Below, piece after piece: positions 18,687-28,119 of a DNA stretch of 64,000 nt. The stretch's first letter is position 1. The number at the start of each line of letters is the position of its first letter. Under the pieces are notes generated by a model. It saw only the letters and a program-made list of their open reading frames with translations, did not search any database and was not told where the DNA came from. The translations under genes were made by a program, and so were the position numbers. Source of the stretch: a virus (Duplodnaviria; Caudoviricetes); IMG/VR virus record IMGVR_UViG_3300043414_000372, positions 128,001 to 192,000 of that record; one strand, given 5' to 3'.

Positions 18687-19831
18687 TTTACTTCTTCCAT
18701 CATAAACACTTTCTTTTGATCTTTCTCTCTAGTAGTTTGTTTATTATACCAATTGCGAATCTGTTTATTTACAAAATGATCTAGCTTTTCCCAATTGCCA
18801 TACGCTACATAATTATCTGTATTTATAGGTTTTAGTTCATCAACTTGTGGCTCTAATGTTTGTAATATTACACTAATATCTGAACTAGGTAATTTCCATA
18901 TACTAAGATGCTCTGGATGATGTATAGTGTTATACCATAAGTGTACTTTATTCTCAATAGTAAACTTCACAAAGTTGGGCATTTCCCACCAGTTGTTATT
19001 CATAGGGTTAACCATGACACTAAGCCCACGATTGTTATCGTGACAATAGTTTTTAAATGTTTGAAAATTTTCCATCAATTCATCAAAGTCACCATTGATT
19101 CGTATTGATTCATAATTATCTTTGTCCAAACTATCAATACTAATGTTTAAATGAATATTACATTTGTCTAATATAGCACGAACTTGCTTGTTATAAACTG
19201 TGCCATTTGTTGCTATATTGATTCTAAGAGTAGGATTCAATTCAGCTACTAACATACAGATATCATATACAATCTTTTGAGCAAATGGTTCACCACCATT
19301 AAATCTAAGTTCTTCTAAGTGAGGAATAAATTCTTTCAGTTGTTCAATAAAAGAATCATCATATACCATTGGCATAGGTGGAAGATTATCTCTGTTCTTT
19401 CTGATACCGGAACTCAATCTACCTTCACACATGATACACTCAAGGTTACATTGATTGCTTAACTCTAATTCAAGTAGTGTTGGATATTCTTTAACAGTAA
19501 ACCCATCATATGCCATGGCTAATGGCCATGTATCCGCTTCAATCTTTTGTTTACAAACTCTACATTCACTATTAAATAGACCTTCTTTAAGATTGTTTCT
19601 ATACTCTGTAAACTTCTCACCAAACCAAATGTCTTTGATTGACCGAGTAGGGCTCCATTTTTCTAGTTTACCTACTAGTAACCAGCAGGGAGCAACATGT
19701 CCTTCTGTGGTAAAATACATATTGTTGTATGGAGCAACACAGGGACTTATTGTATTGATTTCTCTACCTTGGTCAAATTGTTTTCGCTTGTTGTTGTATG
19801 CTTCAATTTCTTCTCTCGTTAACTTATTCAT
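18683..19831 (-). CDS. N-terminal twitch-domain radical SAM protein
   Basis: CVAPY...GHVAPCW...CRVC, core NQCNLECIMC, NGGEPF, TNGT and ISIDS. Confidence 0.9.
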   Translation of the reverse strand: MNKLTREEIEAYNNKRKQFDQGREINTISPCVAPYNNMYFTTEGHVAPCWLLVGKLEKWSPTRSIKDIWFGEKFTEYRNNLKEGLFNSECRVCKQKIEADTWPLAMAYDGFTVKEYPTLLELELSNQCNLECIMCEGRLSSGIRKNRDNLPPMPMVYDDSFIEQLKEFIPHLEELRFNGGEPFAQKIVYDICMLVAELNPTLRINIATNGTVYNKQVRAILDKCNIHLNISIDSLDKDNYESIRINGDFDELMENFQTFKNYCHDNNRGLSVMVNPMNNNWWEMPNFVKFTIENKVHLWYNTIHHPEHLSIWKLPSSDISVILQTLEPQVDELKPINTDNYVAYGNWEKLDHFVNKQIRNWYNKQTTREKDQKKVFMMEEVK

Positions 19832-20996
19832 TAGAATACTCCATTATTAGTTTTCCCCATTCCCCGAAGGTTGGCTCAAATCTTTGCTGTCTAAACTCAT
19901 CTAGTTCATTGTTCTTACTAATAAACTCTTTGATAAGATTGTCATTTTCACGTTCCAAATGTAAGAAGTTTTTAACTACTTTGAATTCGGGCGCTGTTAA
20001 TCTTGCTGATACTATTTCTTTTAACTTGTCTGGTAAGTTCTTTACACTATGACTAGGAGGATAGTGTAGTATATTGAAATACGTAAATATGTTCAATGGC
20101 TTAGACCAGTTTAAGTAGTCAGACAAATAGTATACATTAAAGTTACTTACTGTCGGACATAGTGTCAAAAATAAATTTTTATGGTTGCTACGCAGTTCCA
20201 AAAACTTTTTAATATTATCTTGTATCTCGGCCCACTCAGTTGGGTAACGTTCGTATTCTAATCTATCACCCAAATCATCTACTGATAAGCACAATGTTAC
20301 CTCTTTGAATTGAACGATGAGGTCTAAGAATTTCTTATTATACAATGTAGCATTTGTGTTTAGTAATATAGTAATCTCTTTGGATCTGCCAGAGTTAATC
20401 AATAACTCTAAAATTTTCATATTTTCAGGAGATGCCATTGGCTCGCCGCCAGTTATCTCCAGGTGTACTAAATCTTTAGCCCAAAGATTGATAACAGATT
20501 CGTTAGCTGTACCCAATATCTTATTAGATAACCAGTAACTGCCATCTTCTACTTTGACATTAAATCGTTCCTGATATTCTTTTAAGAATGTTGAACTGGC
20601 TTGCGGGCCGCATATTCTACATTTTAAATTACATACATTGTTCAATTTCAAATCAAATGCTCTGGGTCCGCTAGCGGCTATGGGAGTAAACTCCATATCT
20701 AATGGAATCTTTTTGTCTATAGCAAACTGTACTCTAAAACTTTTTACGCCTGCTGCTTCTTCATCCCAGCAGCTTTGACATTCTTTAGGTTTTTTGCCAT
20801 CTAAGAATGCTTGTCTTAAATTTTGAAAGCGAACATCATTCCACAATACATCAAGTGTACCTTGTTTCATATTTGGAAGTTGATATTCATTCGTAGGTTC
20901 TGGCTGAGCAAATTTACAGCAAGGACGCAATGACCCATTAACATCTGTTGACAGGTTAATCCAGGGCAAAGCACAAAATGTTTCAGGTAATTTCAT
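19824..20996 (-). CDS. N-terminal twitch-domain radical SAM protein
   Basis: FCALPW...RPCC...CQSCW, core NVCNLKCRIC, TGGEPM, NTNAT and LSVDD. Confidence 0.92.
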   Translation of the reverse strand: MKLPETFCALPWINLSTDVNGSLRPCCKFAQPEPTNEYQLPNMKQGTLDVLWNDVRFQNLRQAFLDGKKPKECQSCWDEEAAGVKSFRVQFAIDKKIPLDMEFTPIAASGPRAFDLKLNNVCNLKCRICGPQASSTFLKEYQERFNVKVEDGSYWLSNKILGTANESVINLWAKDLVHLEITGGEPMASPENMKILELLINSGRSKEITILLNTNATLYNKKFLDLIVQFKEVTLCLSVDDLGDRLEYERYPTEWAEIQDNIKKFLELRSNHKNLFLTLCPTVSNFNVYYLSDYLNWSKPLNIFTYFNILHYPPSHSVKNLPDKLKEIVSARLTAPEFKVVKNFLHLERENDNLIKEFISKNNELDEFRQQRFEPTFGEWGKLIMEYSNE

Positions 20997-21648
20997 AATA
21001 ACTCTTTAATTCTTCTTCAGTAGGTTTTATAAATTTAGTAATATCAAAATCAAAAGATTTACCCATAAGCCAATCGTTTATTAGTGAAGCAAAAATATAA
21101 TTGTTTTGATTGCTCATATGACAAAATCTATGATCTGGTCTATACATCTTGCCATTATCTTCCAGATTCCTTAATTTGTTTAAGGTTTTTTCAATGTCAA
21201 CATATAGTACATTAGGTTCAGCTAATTGTTTAATATGCATCTCCATTAACTCTTTCATATCATCATGTTCTTGAGTGTTATGTACAAATAGATAATAATT
21301 TTTTATTAAATCAACTATTTCCGATTTGATGCCCGATAGTGCTGCTACATCAGGTAATGTAAAGTGTGATATTATGTGCTGTGGCCCATTAGCTATCGTC
21401 ATATTAGGACAATATTTTCTATCAGCATATGTTCCAAGAAAAATAATTTTATCAAAATTTTTATAATTTTCTTTAAATGTACTGTAAGAATAATACATAC
21501 TAGATGCGGACACTCCAAAATTTGTCACATCATAGTTGAAATCTTCACTTAATATTTGCATCCATGATTTGCCATTTTTATTGTATATAGGGTACCCTTC
21601 ATTAGATTTTACGTAGGCAAAACTGCACCCAAATGTTGCCACTTTCAT
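20983..21648 (-). CDS. SGNH-like hypothetical protein, paralog of 14511-15251
   Basis: ATFGCSFA, NFGVSASSMYYSY, FDKIIF and C-terminal FCHMS align by eye with the 14511 protein. Confidence 0.5.
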   Translation of the reverse strand: MKVATFGCSFAYVKSNEGYPIYNKNGKSWMQILSEDFNYDVTNFGVSASSMYYSYSTFKENYKNFDKIIFLGTYADRKYCPNMTIANGPQHIISHFTLPDVAALSGIKSEIVDLIKNYYLFVHNTQEHDDMKELMEMHIKQLAEPNVLYVDIEKTLNKLRNLEDNGKMYRPDHRFCHMSNQNNYIFASLINDWLMGKSFDFDITKFIKPTEEELKSYYEIT

Positions 21649-23042
21649 TTGTAGCCCTTCAATAGTTCGTATAGTTCAGGGAAAGTTTCGCTAAACGAAT
21701 CTTTTCTAAACTCATCATGTATTTTGGTCTTGTGGAAGAATGTCTTTAATAACTCAGAATCACATTCTGAACCATACATAAAGTTAGTAATGTTGTCAAT
21801 CGTAGGAGAATATGGATCTAACAAGTTTCCAAAATCAATAGCCAATAGTTTTTCTTTTATTACATCTTTAACAGCAGTAGGCAAATTAACAATAGAATAG
21901 TGATGTGGGTAATGAACCATGTTGAATAATATAGGGATACCCAACGGTTTCATACGTTCTACAAACTCTTTCAAATACAATACATTTAAAATACCCACTG
22001 TTACATATAGACGCAATGGCATATTTACATTATGCTTGATTGCCAACTCTTTGTACTTCTGTATGTTATCCAATGACTCATTCCAAATAGCGTTGTATCG
22101 TTGATATTCAAATCTTTTCTCAATGTCATCAATACTAAAGTTAATGTAAACTTCTTTGAAGGGTTGCCATATTTTAAATAATTCTTCTTTACAAATGGTA
22201 GTATTAGTATTGTAATACAATCCAGTAGTAGACGGGTTGCCATGTTCGACCATGATTTTTAAGATATCATCATGCTCTTGTTGCATCAAAGGTTCGCCAC
22301 CATAGAATTCCATGAAGTCAATAGTTTTTGCCCATGTCTTTAATATTTCTTCGTTCTCAGGATTAGCAGAAAACTTTTCTCTGGAATTACTAACAAAAGT
22401 TAAATGCTCACCCATGTCATTAACTTCCAATATCTTAATTTCGTTAATCCATTGGCTACTCAAAAACGGAGTACATATTCTACACTTCAAATTACATAGA
22501 TTGCTAAGTTTCAAATCTAATGTCTTTGGATATAATCTTGGTATATGATGATAGAAAGTAGCGTGTGGATGTTCTTTGCCGCCTTGCTCTCTAACCAATC
22601 TCATGCTTTTCATTCCAGCAGCTTCCTCATCCCAGCATGCTTTACATCCAGTAGGTCTTTCATTTCTAAGAAACTGATCTCTCAATGATTGAAATTCATC
22701 CTGATTCCACAAATCATCAAGGTTAACATCTGGTAATTTAGGAACATCTTTTTGCCAATTAGGATCTCCTACTTTATACTTACAGCAAGGTCTTGCTCTA
22801 CCATCTGGATCTAATTGAAAGTGAGTAAATGGATACAGACAGAAATTATCAGGTACCTGATCTCTTAAGATGTCAGTATATTCTTGGTCTGTATATTTGT
22901 TAACTGCTTTGGGCTTTGTTTTCTTGATTATATCAACCAATTGCAAGTCATAATTATTGTCTAAATATTCAGACGTATACCAAACAGCAGAACCCGCCCC
23001 ATCGTCATTTTGAAATATAGGTATAAACGTTTTCTTGTCCAT
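21645..23042 (-). CDS. N-terminal twitch-domain radical SAM protein with ~65-aa N-terminal extension
   Basis: FCLYPF...RPCC...CKACWDEEAAG, core NLCNLKCRIC, YGGEPL and NTNTT. Shares CWDEEAAG.KS.R with 19824-20996. Confidence 0.92.
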   Translation of the reverse strand: MDKKTFIPIFQNDDGAGSAVWYTSEYLDNNYDLQLVDIIKKTKPKAVNKYTDQEYTDILRDQVPDNFCLYPFTHFQLDPDGRARPCCKYKVGDPNWQKDVPKLPDVNLDDLWNQDEFQSLRDQFLRNERPTGCKACWDEEAAGMKSMRLVREQGGKEHPHATFYHHIPRLYPKTLDLKLSNLCNLKCRICTPFLSSQWINEIKILEVNDMGEHLTFVSNSREKFSANPENEEILKTWAKTIDFMEFYGGEPLMQQEHDDILKIMVEHGNPSTTGLYYNTNTTICKEELFKIWQPFKEVYINFSIDDIEKRFEYQRYNAIWNESLDNIQKYKELAIKHNVNMPLRLYVTVGILNVLYLKEFVERMKPLGIPILFNMVHYPHHYSIVNLPTAVKDVIKEKLLAIDFGNLLDPYSPTIDNITNFMYGSECDSELLKTFFHKTKIHDEFRKDSFSETFPELYELLKGYK

Positions 23043-24406
23043 TATAGACTCTTACATAAGTTATAAAAATCAGTGAATTCAGGGAATGTTTCTAACAAAC
23101 TCATTTTCCTACGTTGGTCAAAGTCATCAAACCAACGCCCAAAAATCTGACGTTGCTCGGTTCTATCAATTGAATTGTCTTTTAAACTATCTGATAGCTT
23201 ACGTATGAATTCTATAAATGTGTCCCAACGCCCATAATAATCAGGCACGATGGGCATATCATCTACTCTTGTTAACATATACTCAATACATTCATCCACA
23301 TACTTAGCAAAGTCGGGTGTCAATATGAACGGACTTTGATGGCTAGGGAAGTTAACTACACTTTGTTTAATAGCAACTGGACGACCATGTTTATGATACA
23401 ATGCTTCAGTGAACTTTACAAAGTCAGTTAGGCTAGTAACACTTAACGCATTCAATGACGGGATAAATCCAAAGTTAAACTTCAATTCTTTATTAGATAA
23501 TACTTTATCTAAATTAGTTGTAAACTTGTCCCAGTCTAAGCCGTTACGTATATATTCAGCTTTACCACTAATGCTTTCTAAACTTACTAATATCTCAACA
23601 TCAAATGTATCACTTATCTTTGGTAAATAGTTTAAGAACTTCTCTAAATAGTTAGGAGGGGTGTTCATGTTAGTAACAATCCAAAGACTGGCTTTCTTAC
23701 TATCAGGTGCATTTTGTTTTGCTTCTAATAACTTATCAACAAAGTTATAGAACTCAGGCATAATCAATGGCTCTCCACCAATGATACCTATACGACTACA
23801 GTTATGAACACCAACTTCGTTAAACCATTCCCAAAACTTACTATCAAAACTAGCAGGTGCTTTAGGGAATTCTCTATCATATTGTTCTTGTGATATGCGC
23901 CCTAACTTAATTTCCTCTACTGCCCACTGAGTGCTATAGTGATGATTACAATACATACACTTCATGTCGCATGTATTACCCAAACTAATTTCTAACATAT
24001 ATGGATTATGTGAACGTAGTGCCGGATCGTGATATTCGATTGTTTCTAATTTATCCAATAATGCTTGATCAGTATAATTGATATCTTCTACGTGTTTACG
24101 TATCTTTAGATGACGCCAAAACTGTTCTCCACCTTGTCTGGGGCTAGTCATTCCGCTATCTTCTATTTGCCAGCATGTTTTACAATCGCTGTTCTGTATT
24201 CCTTGAACCAAATCTAACCTAGACTGAATCATCTTTGGGCTATTCAAAAATGCATCTATACCATGTGTTTGTAACTCGGACTCAGATACTCTAGTGCTAG
24301 GTGTTCTACAGCAACTACGAAACTCCCCTCTGTCCATATTAAAAATAGGATAGTTCCATTTTAAATCGCATACTGTGTCTAACGGTGTTAATGGTTTTGT
24401 TTTCAT
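23042..24406 (-). CDS. N-terminal twitch-domain radical SAM protein
   Basis: CDLKW...RSCC...CKTCW, core NTCDMKCMYC, IGGEPL, VTNM and AEYIRNGLDW. Confidence 0.92.
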   Translation of the reverse strand: MKTKPLTPLDTVCDLKWNYPIFNMDRGEFRSCCRTPSTRVSESELQTHGIDAFLNSPKMIQSRLDLVQGIQNSDCKTCWQIEDSGMTSPRQGGEQFWRHLKIRKHVEDINYTDQALLDKLETIEYHDPALRSHNPYMLEISLGNTCDMKCMYCNHHYSTQWAVEEIKLGRISQEQYDREFPKAPASFDSKFWEWFNEVGVHNCSRIGIIGGEPLIMPEFYNFVDKLLEAKQNAPDSKKASLWIVTNMNTPPNYLEKFLNYLPKISDTFDVEILVSLESISGKAEYIRNGLDWDKFTTNLDKVLSNKELKFNFGFIPSLNALSVTSLTDFVKFTEALYHKHGRPVAIKQSVVNFPSHQSPFILTPDFAKYVDECIEYMLTRVDDMPIVPDYYGRWDTFIEFIRKLSDSLKDNSIDRTEQRQIFGRWFDDFDQRRKMSLLETFPEFTDFYNLCKSL

Positions 24407-25620
24407 AATTCTTCGTATTCTGGAAATGTTTTTATAAAGTTTTCATTCCTAAACTTATCTTTTTCAACAGTAACCCTTTTAAATTCATCCAAATATCTGG
24501 AATGATCTTTTGAATTCATGTGGGTCACAATTGTGTATATTTTATTTAGTGTGTGTTCACTAGCACCAAGTTCTTTTATAGAGGTAGCATATTCAGTGAT
24601 ATGCTGTTCCACTTGCATTTTTATATTCTTAGGTAACACAGTAATTCCATATGAAGTTGGATACGTCAATAGATTATAGTGTATATTGTCTGGTTGTACA
24701 ATCTTTTCTTTTACCAAAAACTCATGCATCTTTCTTATATGGAACACACTTAATATCTCTACAGTAGGGTTTAATTGTATCAGCACATGGGGGCATTTTT
24801 CTGCTATAAGCCTTAGATTTTTCAATACAACATCCCATTCTGCGCCGTGACGTATATAGTATAGCTGTTCCCATCCAGCATCTATGCTAGCCGCTAATTT
24901 TACATTTTTAAACAGAGGCCAGTAGTCATTGATTACATTTTTGTTTTTAAAATCAAATCTGGTACAATTAGAATTGTAACGAATCAATACATCAAACTTA
25001 TTATGTTCAATTAACAAATTTAAAATTTTATAATGTTCTTCCAACATTAATGGTTCGCCACCACAGAAATAGATTTCTTCAATTGTATCAATGTGTGAGA
25101 TAAAGAATGAAAGGAAGCTATCCAAATCAGTATATGCTTTTTGTAGCACAGGAATATCTATGTTTCGCTTTGAGTAATCTTCTTCGGCAATGCTACTACT
25201 GTTTACTCCATCACACATCCTACATTTTAAATTACATAGATTAGAGAATCTAACATCCCACAATGAAATCTTTTCTTGTTTTACATTGTTATTCTCATCA
25301 AACTCTAAATTATCTAACAGATGTCCATAAGTAGTATTGCTGAATATTCTGAGTGATTGCTCCTTATCGTATTGTTCCGCACGAAAGCATTTATTACACG
25401 ACATAGGCAAGTCTTGACCAGTAAGCATTTCATTACGTAGTTGTGTTAGTTTTGCGTTTTTGTTAGAGAAGATTTCTTCTAACGGTTGATTTTTGATGTT
25501 ACCATACTCATATGAGTGATTGATACAGCACGGGATAACATCACCTGTAGTCCAAATACATGCATGAATAAATGGTAAGATACAAAAATGTTTCGATTTT
25601 AGTAATTCTTGTTTATTCAT
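24403..25620 (-). CDS. N-terminal twitch-domain radical SAM protein
   Basis: FCILPF...IPCC...CNKC, core NLCNLKCRMC, CGGEPL, YNSNCT and YIRHGAEW. The start is probably 25620 (ATGAATAA overlap) rather than 25629. Confidence 0.92.
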   Translation of the reverse strand: MNKQELLKSKHFCILPFIHACIWTTGDVIPCCINHSYEYGNIKNQPLEEIFSNKNAKLTQLRNEMLTGQDLPMSCNKCFRAEQYDKEQSLRIFSNTTYGHLLDNLEFDENNNVKQEKISLWDVRFSNLCNLKCRMCDGVNSSSIAEEDYSKRNIDIPVLQKAYTDLDSFLSFFISHIDTIEEIYFCGGEPLMLEEHYKILNLLIEHNKFDVLIRYNSNCTRFDFKNKNVINDYWPLFKNVKLAASIDAGWEQLYYIRHGAEWDVVLKNLRLIAEKCPHVLIQLNPTVEILSVFHIRKMHEFLVKEKIVQPDNIHYNLLTYPTSYGITVLPKNIKMQVEQHITEYATSIKELGASEHTLNKIYTIVTHMNSKDHSRYLDEFKRVTVEKDKFRNENFIKTFPEYEEL

Positions 25621-26395
25621 TGTTGTCAACTTGATTTTTAATTTCTAGTAATTCATTGTAATTTGTTATAATTTCATCATAACTAATATTATATACTTTT
25701 TTAGAAAGATTTTTTTCTTCAAATGGAATTTGATTAACAATGCAATCAGATTTTAATGACTCGTAATTTACATTTACACAATTTAATGCATCTGCTAATT
25801 TTTGCTTTTCTTTTGATACTCTAACATACTCTAGATAGGTTGATTTTACATCTTCTGGTGACAGAGTAATACTAGATTTGGTTAGAAGTCTTATGTTTTT
25901 AGTATTCCATTCAGTTGTTCTTATCCAAAAATTAGTTTTTTTACTTACTAGGACGCTAACAGTGCTTTCAAACGGATCTCTGTTTATATTAACAATAGTA
26001 AAGTTGTGATTTTTTATTTTTGTAAAATTTTCTAAATCATTTATTTTTTCACTATCTCGGGGAGTCCAATACATATATTTCAACACAACAGCTTGATTTT
26101 TGTCCCCGGCAAGCAAAGTGGTCAACCGTTTTTCCATGAGAGTTTCTAATGAATGTCCTAAATTTTCAGGCCACGGGATTGATTGAATCTGCTTTCTAAT
26201 CATTGCCTCTTCATCTAACACATATTTAATCCTATGAGCGAAGGAGGCTCTTCCCTGAATTGGGTGCAATGTGAAAAACTCACCCAAATTTGTAACGTTT
26301 TCATTTAGACTATCGTATAAAAGTGAACTATAAATTCCCTCGGTTAACCATGTACTTCCTGTTCTAGGGATAGATAGCACGCAGTACCTAGACAT
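25613..26395 (-). CDS. Sulfotransferase-like protein (P-loop PAPS-binding)
   Basis: 5'-PSB loop LSIPRTGSTWL, 3'-PB motif NINRDPFESTVS and late VNYESL. Confidence 0.8.
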   Translation of the reverse strand: MSRYCVLSIPRTGSTWLTEGIYSSLLYDSLNENVTNLGEFFTLHPIQGRASFAHRIKYVLDEEAMIRKQIQSIPWPENLGHSLETLMEKRLTTLLAGDKNQAVVLKYMYWTPRDSEKINDLENFTKIKNHNFTIVNINRDPFESTVSVLVSKKTNFWIRTTEWNTKNIRLLTKSSITLSPEDVKSTYLEYVRVSKEKQKLADALNCVNVNYESLKSDCIVNQIPFEEKNLSKKVYNISYDEIITNYNELLEIKNQVDNNE

Positions 26396-27173
26396 TACTT
26401 AGTTCCTTATCAATTGTTGTTTCAACTTTATTTTTTATTTCTAATAATTCATCATAATTTGTTATAAGTTTACTATAATCAATATCATATAATTTTTTAG
26501 AATGTGATATTAATTGAAATGGAATTTTATTTTTAGTACAGTCTAGCCTCAATCTATTATAGTTAACTGTGATACACCCTAACAAATTTGCTATTTTTTC
26601 TTTTTCCTGGTTTGCAATTAATGTTTGTACATATGCTGCTTCAAAATCTAGTACTGACATAGTAATATCGGAGATAGTAATAGTAGGACTCCGTCCTTCC
26701 GTTGTGGTCCACCACTCACCCGTAGACGATGTGTTCCATCGATGAATGATTCCGGTTTGTTTAGCGGCCATTAAACTTATTGCGCTATCAAAAGGATCTC
26801 TGTTTATATTGACAATGGTAATGTTATGTGCTTGCATTTTTTCAAGAATTTTTAGGTCTTCTATTTCGTAACCATCAAATGGCCAATACATATATTTTAA
26901 AACCAATGGTTGACGATTATTACCAGAAAATAATATAGCCGCCCGATCATTTATAAATTGTGTAACGTCAGATACTTCTATTGGGTTATCTTCTTTGACT
27001 CCAATTATCATTTGATCGTTGTTTAATTCATATCTTACGTATTTATTTACAAATGGAGTGAAAAATTCATTTAAATTAATGTAATTTTTTATCCTACAAT
27101 AAGTATATCCAATCCCACTATTTAGCCAAGTACTCCCAGTTCTAGGTATCGATAGTACACAGTATCTAAACAT
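26388..27173 (-). CDS. Sulfotransferase-like protein, tandem paralog
   Basis: LSIPRTGSTWL is identical to its neighbour. Also NINRDPFDSAIS, VNYNRL and a shared ITNY.ELLEIKN end. Confidence 0.8.
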   Translation of the reverse strand: MFRYCVLSIPRTGSTWLNSGIGYTYCRIKNYINLNEFFTPFVNKYVRYELNNDQMIIGVKEDNPIEVSDVTQFINDRAAILFSGNNRQPLVLKYMYWPFDGYEIEDLKILEKMQAHNITIVNINRDPFDSAISLMAAKQTGIIHRWNTSSTGEWWTTTEGRSPTITISDITMSVLDFEAAYVQTLIANQEKEKIANLLGCITVNYNRLRLDCTKNKIPFQLISHSKKLYDIDYSKLITNYDELLEIKNKVETTIDKELSNV

Positions 27174-28119
27174 TGTATTCTTTCGTACTCATTATGTCAA
27201 AGTTACAATGGCACATTGTTTTATTGCATATAATAGGAGCAGACGGGAAATCAATTTCATCGTCAGCAATATTACCAATTGGGCCGCCAACTAGGCACCA
27301 GCCACGTTGAATAGTTCCATACATATCAACAATCAATTGCTCAACCCCAACATTACATTTCCAACCAGACCAATCATTTGTTTTTTCATTGATAAATCTA
27401 TGTGCGCTTGAAGGTTCGGTTGTTCCATCAGCATATACTTTACTCATTGCGCCCCTATAATAATCAAAAGACTTAGTGTACTTAATGTGCTTAACAATTA
27501 GTTCGTGCTGCTTGTCAAATATTTTCTTTTGAAAATCATTATAATCATACAATGTATCTCCAAAATCATATATTAATGGTTGAAGTGCCATTGAGATATT
27601 GCCAATATTTTTTATCTTGTTTGCCACAGCATAACAGAAGTCAAACTTTTCAGGACTCATCATTATATTAACGTGAGTTCTTACATCATTATGAAGTAAT
27701 TTAACAACATCAATAAAATGTTGTTCTTCACTGAACTCAGGATGGAAACTTAAACACACATGGTCAAAGTATTGCATGTTATCTTCCCAGTATCTAATAG
27801 TGCGTGAGCCATTAGAAATGAGACCTACTTTAATGCCCAAATCTGTACAGTATTGACATATCTCAGTGAAATGTCTATACATAGTAACTTCACCACCAGT
27901 GAATTCAAAATATAGATTTTTATCAGAGTAATGATTCTTTATCTTAAGAATAAATTTTTTGATAGTTTCAACAGTTGGCCACTTGATAGAGCCATCATGT
28001 AAATGTGAGGGGCAGTATGAGCAAGCGAAATTACAAGTATTTCCCAAGCACCAATTTACAACAAACCAATTTTTGTGATCGGGGTTTAAGTGTTCTAGTT
28101 TAATATATTTTTGTTTCAT
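27166..28119 (-). CDS. Radical SAM protein with C-terminal SPASM/twitch-like domain
   Basis: NTCNFACSYC, TGGEVT and SNGSR. C-terminal WKCNVG...WCLVGGPIGNI...CNKTMCHCNFD. Confidence 0.92.
   Translation of the reverse strand: MKQKYIKLEHLNPDHKNWFVVNWCLGNTCNFACSYCPSHLHDGSIKWPTVETIKKFILKIKNHYSDKNLYFEFTGGEVTMYRHFTEICQYCTDLGIKVGLISNGSRTIRYWEDNMQYFDHVCLSFHPEFSEEQHFIDVVKLLHNDVRTHVNIMMSPEKFDFCYAVANKIKNIGNISMALQPLIYDFGDTLYDYNDFQKKIFDKQHELIVKHIKYTKSFDYYRGAMSKVYADGTTEPSSAHRFINEKTNDWSGWKCNVGVEQLIVDMYGTIQRGWCLVGGPIGNIADDEIDFPSAPIICNKTMCHCNFDIMSTKEYNV

Noticed and set aside
17170-23042. Short KK-x-hydrophobic motifs at radical SAM termini or linkers (KRIFYIQ, KKVFMME, KKTFIPIFQ) as docking tags
   Set aside because: They are too short and variable in a Lys/Ile/Phe-rich proteome to distinguish from chance without a statistical test.
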